Assembly: GCA_965263035.1 (NCBI GenBank)
Contig: OZ253580.1
Location: 1,056,001-1,120,000 of the forward strand
Direction of reading: 5' to 3'
Length of the DNA: 64,000 nt
Source: Acidobacteriota bacterium
GTDB taxonomy: Bacteria; Acidobacteriota; UBA6911; RPQK01; JAJDTT01
The notes beneath the pieces are model-generated. The model made no database searches, was not told the origin of the DNA, and saw only the letters and a list, made by a program, of their open reading frames with translations. Every line of letters begins with the position of its first letter. Positions within the stretch are counted from its first letter, which is position 1. The position numbers and the translations under genes are program-made. Of this stretch, positions 58,741-64,000 are shown piece after piece.

Positions 58741-61458
58741 TCAGAGAATTTGCCCTTCGGCGAAGAGAGGGGCCGCCCGGATTGCGGCTTGGGCCGCCGC
58801 CAGGCGGGCCACGGGAACCCGAAATGGGGAACAGCTCACGTAGTCCATCTTGATCCGGTGGCAGAAATCGATGGATTCCGTATCCCCACCGTGTTCGCCG
58901 CAGATCCCGATTTCAAGATTGGGACGCCGGGCCCTTCCCTCTTGTACCGCGATCCGAATCAGCCTTCCCACACCCTCCTGATCCAGGGTCTGGAAAGGAT
59001 TCGAGGGCAGGATGCCCTCGTCCACATAGCGCAACAGAAAGTGCGTCTCCGCGTCGTCCCGGGAGTAACCCAACGTCATCTGGGTCAGGTCGTTGGTGCC
59101 GAACGAAAAGAACTCGGCAACCTCGGCCAGTTGATTCGCGGTGATGGCGGCCCGGGGCACCTCGATCATGGTCCCGAACATGTACTCGAGCCGGCATCCT
59201 CGCTCGTGCATGACCTCCAACGCCACCCGCTCCAGAACCGGCTGGATCACCTTCAACTCGTTCACGTGCCCAACCAGAGGAATCAGGATCTTGGGCCGGA
59301 CCGTCCCGCCTTCCTGGACCACGTTGCAGGCCGCCTCGAAGACGGCACGCACCTGCATGCTGACGATCCCCGGCATCACGATACTGAGCCGAATTCCCCG
59401 CAACCCCATCATGGGATTGCTCTCGTGCAGCTTCCGCAACGTGGCCAGGGTCCGCTGCAACTCGACCACCTCCTGAGTCCGCCCCTCGGTTCAGCACAGC
59501 TGCAGACGCTCCCGAATCTCCTCCTCCGTGGGCAGGAATTCGTGCAATGGCGGATCGATGAGCCGGATCACAACGGGACACCCATCCATCACCCTGAAGA
59601 GACCTTCAAAGTCCCCCCGCTGCAATGGAAGGAGCCGATTCAGAGACTGTTTGCGTTCCGTCTCGTCACTCGACAGGATCATCTGCCGAACGATGGGCAG
59701 ACGGCTGGCTTCGAAGAACATGTGCTCGGTCCGGCAAAGGCCCACTCCTTCCGCACCGTAAGCCAGCGCCCGGACGGCATCCTGGGGGTGGTCCGCATTG
59801 GCCAACACACCGAGATGCCGCCGGCTGTCGGCCCAGGCCAGAAGCGTTTTCAGGTCTTCCTGCGCTTCCAGGTCGGATTCGACGGTCGGGATCTTTCCCA
59901 AGAAGATTTCTCCCGAGGTCCCGTCCAGGGAGATCCAATCCCCCTCGCGCACCAGATGTCCCTTGGCCTTGAGCCGGCGTTTCGTCTCCCGAAGTTCCAT
60001 TCCTCCGGCTCCCACCACGCAGGGTACGCCGAACTGACGAGCCACTACGGCGGCATGGCTCGTCGCACCGCCTTCGATGGTCAGGATGCCTCGGGACGCG
60101 AGCATGCCGTGAACGTCGTCGGGCCGGGTAAAGGGGCGCACCATGACCACGTCGGTTCCTTCTCGACCCCATCTCTCGGCCGTATCGGCGTCGAAAACCA
60201 CCCGTCCGACGGCGGCCCCCGGAGAGGCGTTGACTCCGCGGCCCAGCAAGTTTCCGGCGTCCCTGGCCGTATCCTTGGCACGAGGCGCGAACGCCGGGTG
60301 CGGAAACACGTCGATATCCTCGGGACGGACCCGGAGCAGCGCTTCGTCGCGGGTGACACGTCCCTCCTTGCAGAGATCCACCGCAATGCGAATCGCCGCT
60401 CTGGCTGTTCTCTGCCCGGTTCGCGTCTGCAGGATCCAGAGCTTGCGCCGTTCGACGGTGAACTCCACGTCCTGCATGTCACGATACCGCTCTTCCAGCT
60501 TCCGGCAGATCCGAGCCAGCTCCCGGGAGACTCCCGGCATCCGGGTCCCGAGATCGGTGATCCTCTCCGTATTGCGGATTCCGGCCACGACGTCCTCTCC
60601 CTGCGCGTTGGGAAGGTAGTCGCCGTAGAGAGTCCGGGCTCCGGTCACCGGATTTCGCGTAAAGACCACACCCGTACCGGAATCGAGGCCCATATTCCCG
60701 AAGACCATGGAGACGACGTTGACCGCCGTCCCCAGGCCATGGGGAATGCCCGAGGCATTGCGACAGTCGAAGGCGCGTTTGCCGTTCCAGCTACGAAAGA
60801 CCGCCTGAACCGCCATCCGCAACTGTTCGAAGGCGTCCTGCGGAAACTCCATGCCGGCCTCCGCCCGGATGATCCGTTTGAAATCTGCCGTCAACTCCTT
60901 CCAGTCCGAAGCCGTCAGATCTGCGTCCGACGCCGCCCGCCGGTCGCGCTTCAACCGTGCCAAAAGCGACTCGAATGCTTCGTCGCCCAACTCCAGCACC
61001 ACACTGCCGAACATCTGGACCAGACGACGATAGGCGTCGAACGCAAACCCATCGTCTCCGGAGCCGGCCGCCAGCCCCGCGGCCGTCTCGTCGTTGAGTC
61101 CCACGTTGAGCACCGTATCCATCATTCCGGGTATGGAGTGCATGGCGCCGGAACGACACGAGACGAGCAGCGGGTTCTCCCCATTGCCGAAGCCCTTGCC
61201 GCTGGCCTCCTCGATCCGGTCCATGGCCTCCAGCACCTGGTCCCACAACCCCTCGGGAAGATCGCCTCCCGAGCGCAGGTACTCGACGCACGCTTCCGTG
61301 GTGATGACGAAACCCGGTGGCACCGGCAGGCCGATGCGGCTCATCTCGGCCAGGCTCGCACCCTTCCCGCCCAGCAGAGCCCGCAACGACTCCTTGTCGT
61401 GATGAGTCTCCGCGGGGGGCACTTCGTCAAACCGGAACACCCATTTGCCGACGTTCAT
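58741..61458 (-). pseudogene. ppdK: Pyruvate phosphate dikinase, interrupted by an in-frame TGA at 59491-59493
   Basis: LLGGKGA, PGMMDTVLN, TSHAAVVAR, GLCRTEHMF in the first part; ESNPMMGLRG, FGTNDLTQ, GICGEHGG in the second; both parts in the same frame. Confidence 0.9.
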
Positions 61459-61516
61459 ACAAACCGCCTCAAAGGGAGATACGAAAAGAAAGATCCGAGG
61501 AAGACACCCCGCGGGA

Positions 61517-61554
61517 ACCGGCGGGCGGGCGGGACCCGGTCCCGCGCCGCCGGT
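61517..61554. terminator. GC-rich stem-loop just downstream of ino1
   Basis: ACCGGCGG..GCGGGACC-C-GGTCCCGC.CCGCCGGT; no clear U-tract. Confidence 0.35.
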
Positions 61555-61562
61555 GAGGCGGG

Positions 61563-62888
61563 TCAGGATTCATAGTAGTCGAGACCCAGATGGGTGATCT
61601 GCTCTTCTCCGCGCAGATAGCGGAGGGTGTTCTTCAACTTCATGAGCTGGATGAAGAGATCGTGCTCGGGATAGAGCTCGGGCAGGGTCATGGGGCTCTT
61701 GAAATAAAAGGAGAGCCATTCCTGGATGCCCGACATTCCAGCCCGCTTGGCCAAATCCAGGAACAGGACAAGATCCAGCACGATCGGGGCGGCCAATATG
61801 CTGTCCTTACAGAGGAAATTGATCTTGATCTGCATCGGGTATCCCAGCCAGCCGAAGATATCCAGGTTGTCCCAGCCCTCCTTGTCGTCCTTGCGCGGCG
61901 GGTAATAGTTGATCCGAACCTTGTGGTAGAAGTCGCCGTACAGGTCCGGATAGTGTTCGGGCTGCAGAATGTATTCCAGAACCGAGAGCTTGCTCTCCTC
62001 CTTGGTCCGGAAGGATTCGGGGTCGTCCAGAACCTCGCCGTCCCGGTTGCCCAATATGTTCGTGGAGAACCAGCCCGAGAGCCCCAGGAGCCTGGCCTTG
62101 AGTCCAGGGGCGACGATGGTCTTCATCAGAGTCTGTCCCGTCTTGAAGTCCTTGCCGCAGATGGGAACGCCCTGCTCAAGGGCCAGCTGTTGGAAGGCCG
62201 GCGCATCCACCGTCAGGTTGGGAGCGCCGTTGGCGTAGGGAATCCCCAGCTTGAGGGCCGCGTAGGCGTAAATCATGCTGGACGGAATGTCGGGATGATT
62301 GTTCTTGAGACCCTCTTCCAGAGCCGAAACATCCTCGTGAACCGGTCCCTTCTCCAGAAAGATCTCGGTGCTGCCGCACCAGACCATCACCATGCGATCG
62401 ACCTGCTTCTCCCGCTGAAAAGACCGGATCTGTTCCATCAACTGGTGGGCCAGCTCCCATTTGGTCCGGCCTTTCTTGACGTGCGTTCCATCCAGCCTCT
62501 TGACGTATCGGTTGTCGAAGACCGCCCGATAGGGTCGGACTTCTTCCAGCACCGGCCTGAGCTGTTCCAGGAGACTCGTCTCCAGTACGCCGGCCTTGAC
62601 GGCCGCCGTGTACGCGTCGTCGTCGAACAGGTCCCAGGACGCGAATTCCAGATCCTCCAGTTGAGCCAAGGGAACGAAATCGGAGATCTTGGGCGACCGC
62701 CCCTCCGTCCGTTTTCCCAGCCGGACGGTACCGAATTGGGAAAGAGACCCGATGGGCAGAGCCAGTTCCCTCTTGACGGCCTCGACGCCGGCAATGAAGG
62801 TGGTGCTCACGGCACCCAGGCCAACCAACAGCACCCCCAATTTCCCCCGGGGCTCCTCGATCCGTACACCCTTCTCAATCATGTCCAT
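61563..62888 (-). CDS. ino1: Myo-inositol-1-phosphate synthase
   Basis: VGLGAVSTT, WCGSTE, YANGAPN, GKDFKTGQT, NILGNRDG, DSILAAP. Confidence 0.93.
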   Translation of the reverse strand: MDMIEKGVRIEEPRGKLGVLLVGLGAVSTTFIAGVEAVKRELALPIGSLSQFGTVRLGKRTEGRSPKISDFVPLAQLEDLEFASWDLFDDDAYTAAVKAGVLETSLLEQLRPVLEEVRPYRAVFDNRYVKRLDGTHVKKGRTKWELAHQLMEQIRSFQREKQVDRMVMVWCGSTEIFLEKGPVHEDVSALEEGLKNNHPDIPSSMIYAYAALKLGIPYANGAPNLTVDAPAFQQLALEQGVPICGKDFKTGQTLMKTIVAPGLKARLLGLSGWFSTNILGNRDGEVLDDPESFRTKEESKLSVLEYILQPEHYPDLYGDFYHKVRINYYPPRKDDKEGWDNLDIFGWLGYPMQIKINFLCKDSILAAPIVLDLVLFLDLAKRAGMSGIQEWLSFYFKSPMTLPELYPEHDLFIQLMKLKNTLRYLRGEEQITHLGLDYYES

Positions 62889-62947
62889 TCACCTCAAATT
62901 CGTCGTGCCTTGGGCACAGCATGAGTTATTGCCGTTCGATCTTCGAA

Positions 62948-64000
62948 TCAAGTCCTCGCCACCATGGAAATGTCCGCGTAGGACAAGAAAAGTTGCGAGA
63001 TCTCATGGAGGATCCTCAATCGGTTCCTGCGCAGGTCTTCCTCGTGCGACATCACGAGTACGTCCTCGAAGAAACGGTCGACGGGTCCGCGCAGGCGGGC
63101 CATCTGCTTCAGCGCTTCCAGGAACTCCCCCTTCTCCAGCCTGGCGACGACCTGGGGCCGCGTCTCTTGGACCACTCGGTTCAAAGTCCGTTCGGCCGGT
63201 TCCCTCAGTTCGCTGGCGCGGACCCGATCCAACTCGATCGCCTGGCCTGCCAGAATATTCTTGATCCTCTTGTAGGCCGTTGCCAACACCTCGAAATCCG
63301 CCTCGTTCCTCATCTCCTCCAGGGCGACCGCTTTCCTGAGCCGGAGATGCAGGCTCCGACGGGAGTCTACCGCTTGTACGGCCCGGATGACGTCCTCGGA
63401 GACACCCCGGTTCAGAAAAACATGCCGTACCCTTCGCTCCAGGAATGCCAGGACCCGGCCTTCCGACTCCGTTCCGGCAGCATGGTCCGGGAGGGACTGC
63501 CGCGCCATCCGGACCAGGTCTTCAAGCGGGTAATCGAGGCGGTACTCCAACAATAGCTTGACGATACCCTGGGCTTGACGACGCAGTGCGAAGGGATCGC
63601 TGGAGCCCGTGGGAACGATTCCACCGGAAATACAGGCGGTGACGGTGTCCAGCTTGTCGGCGAGAGCCAGCAGGGCTCCGGCAAGTGTGGAGGGAGGGGC
63701 ATCGCTGAGAGAGACCGGCTTGTAGTGCTCCAGGATTGCCTTCCATACCTCGGCGGGATAGCCCTCTCGGCGTGCATAGAGGCCCCCCATGACTCCCTGC
63801 AATTCCGGAAGCTCACGAACCATCTCGGAGGTGAGATCGGCCTTGGACAACAGAGCCGCAAGCTCCAGCTGGGGGTCCGGTTTCAATCGGGAGCAGAGCG
63901 CCTTCAACCGCCTTACCTTGTCCAGGTAACTTCCCAGCCGCTGGTGAAAGACGATCTCCGCCAGCCTCTCGCTCCGCGCCTCCATGCTGGTCTTGAGATC
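62948..64000 (-). CDS. glyS: Glycine--tRNA ligase beta subunit; 5' part lies outside the window
   Basis: KADLTSEMVRELPELQGVMG, ADKLDT, PTGSSDPFALRRQA, FFEDVLVM, RRNRL. Confidence 0.95.
   Translation of the reverse strand, partial: DLKTSMEARSERLAEIVFHQRLGSYLDKVRRLKALCSRLKPDPQLELAALLSKADLTSEMVRELPELQGVMGGLYARREGYPAEVWKAILEHYKPVSLSDAPPSTLAGALLALADKLDTVTACISGGIVPTGSSDPFALRRQAQGIVKLLLEYRLDYPLEDLVRMARQSLPDHAAGTESEGRVLAFLERRVRHVFLNRGVSEDVIRAVQAVDSRRSLHLRLRKAVALEEMRNEADFEVLATAYKRIKNILAGQAIELDRVRASELREPAERTLNRVVQETRPQVVARLEKGEFLEALKQMARLRGPVDRFFEDVLVMSHEEDLRRNRLRILHEISQLFLSYADISMVART

Noticed and set aside
59491-59530. Selenocysteine recoding of the ppdK TGA (Cys-TGA context)
   Set aside because: The position is not catalytic, PPDK is not a known selenoprotein, and only a weak hairpin follows.
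55963-61575. Very long + strand ORFs (916 aa and 941 aa) and similar antisense ORFs elsewhere
   Set aside because: They are shadow frames opposite well-supported genes in GC-rich DNA and have no recognisable motifs.
1-64000. CRISPR array, tRNA, rRNA or riboswitch
   Set aside because: No regularly spaced direct repeats and no recognisable RNA gene motifs were seen by eye; a covariance search was not possible.

Overview
GC-rich bacterial chromosomal window from a carbohydrate- and sulfate-ester-scavenging heterotroph. The gene content would fit Acidobacteriota or PVC-type lineages, but taxonomy cannot be fixed from this window. It holds about 45 genes: several Asp-box (BNR) sialidase-like propellers, two large paralogous propeller enzymes, a GHL10-like lipoprotein, two sulfatases, a CE15 esterase, oxidoreductases, and housekeeping genes (purL, apaH, maf, msrP, cysK, ppdK, ino1, glyS). 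The best candidate for a new system is at 15.5-20.4 kb: a disrupted OLD-type ABC-ATPase/TOPRIM gene upstream of an intact 960-aa SF1 helicase with a RelE-like N-terminus and a TPR-like tail, an atypical Gabija-like defence arrangement. Other notable items are a HEAT-repeat/sodium:solute symporter fusion, a radical SAM plus two GT-C operon, and a eukaryote-type PurL. Mobile and repeat DNA includes two CTAG-targeting MITE families, an IS1634 element inserted in a MITE end, and GTAG-type REPs. Four genes are disrupted. All calls come from reading motifs by eye; no searches were run.
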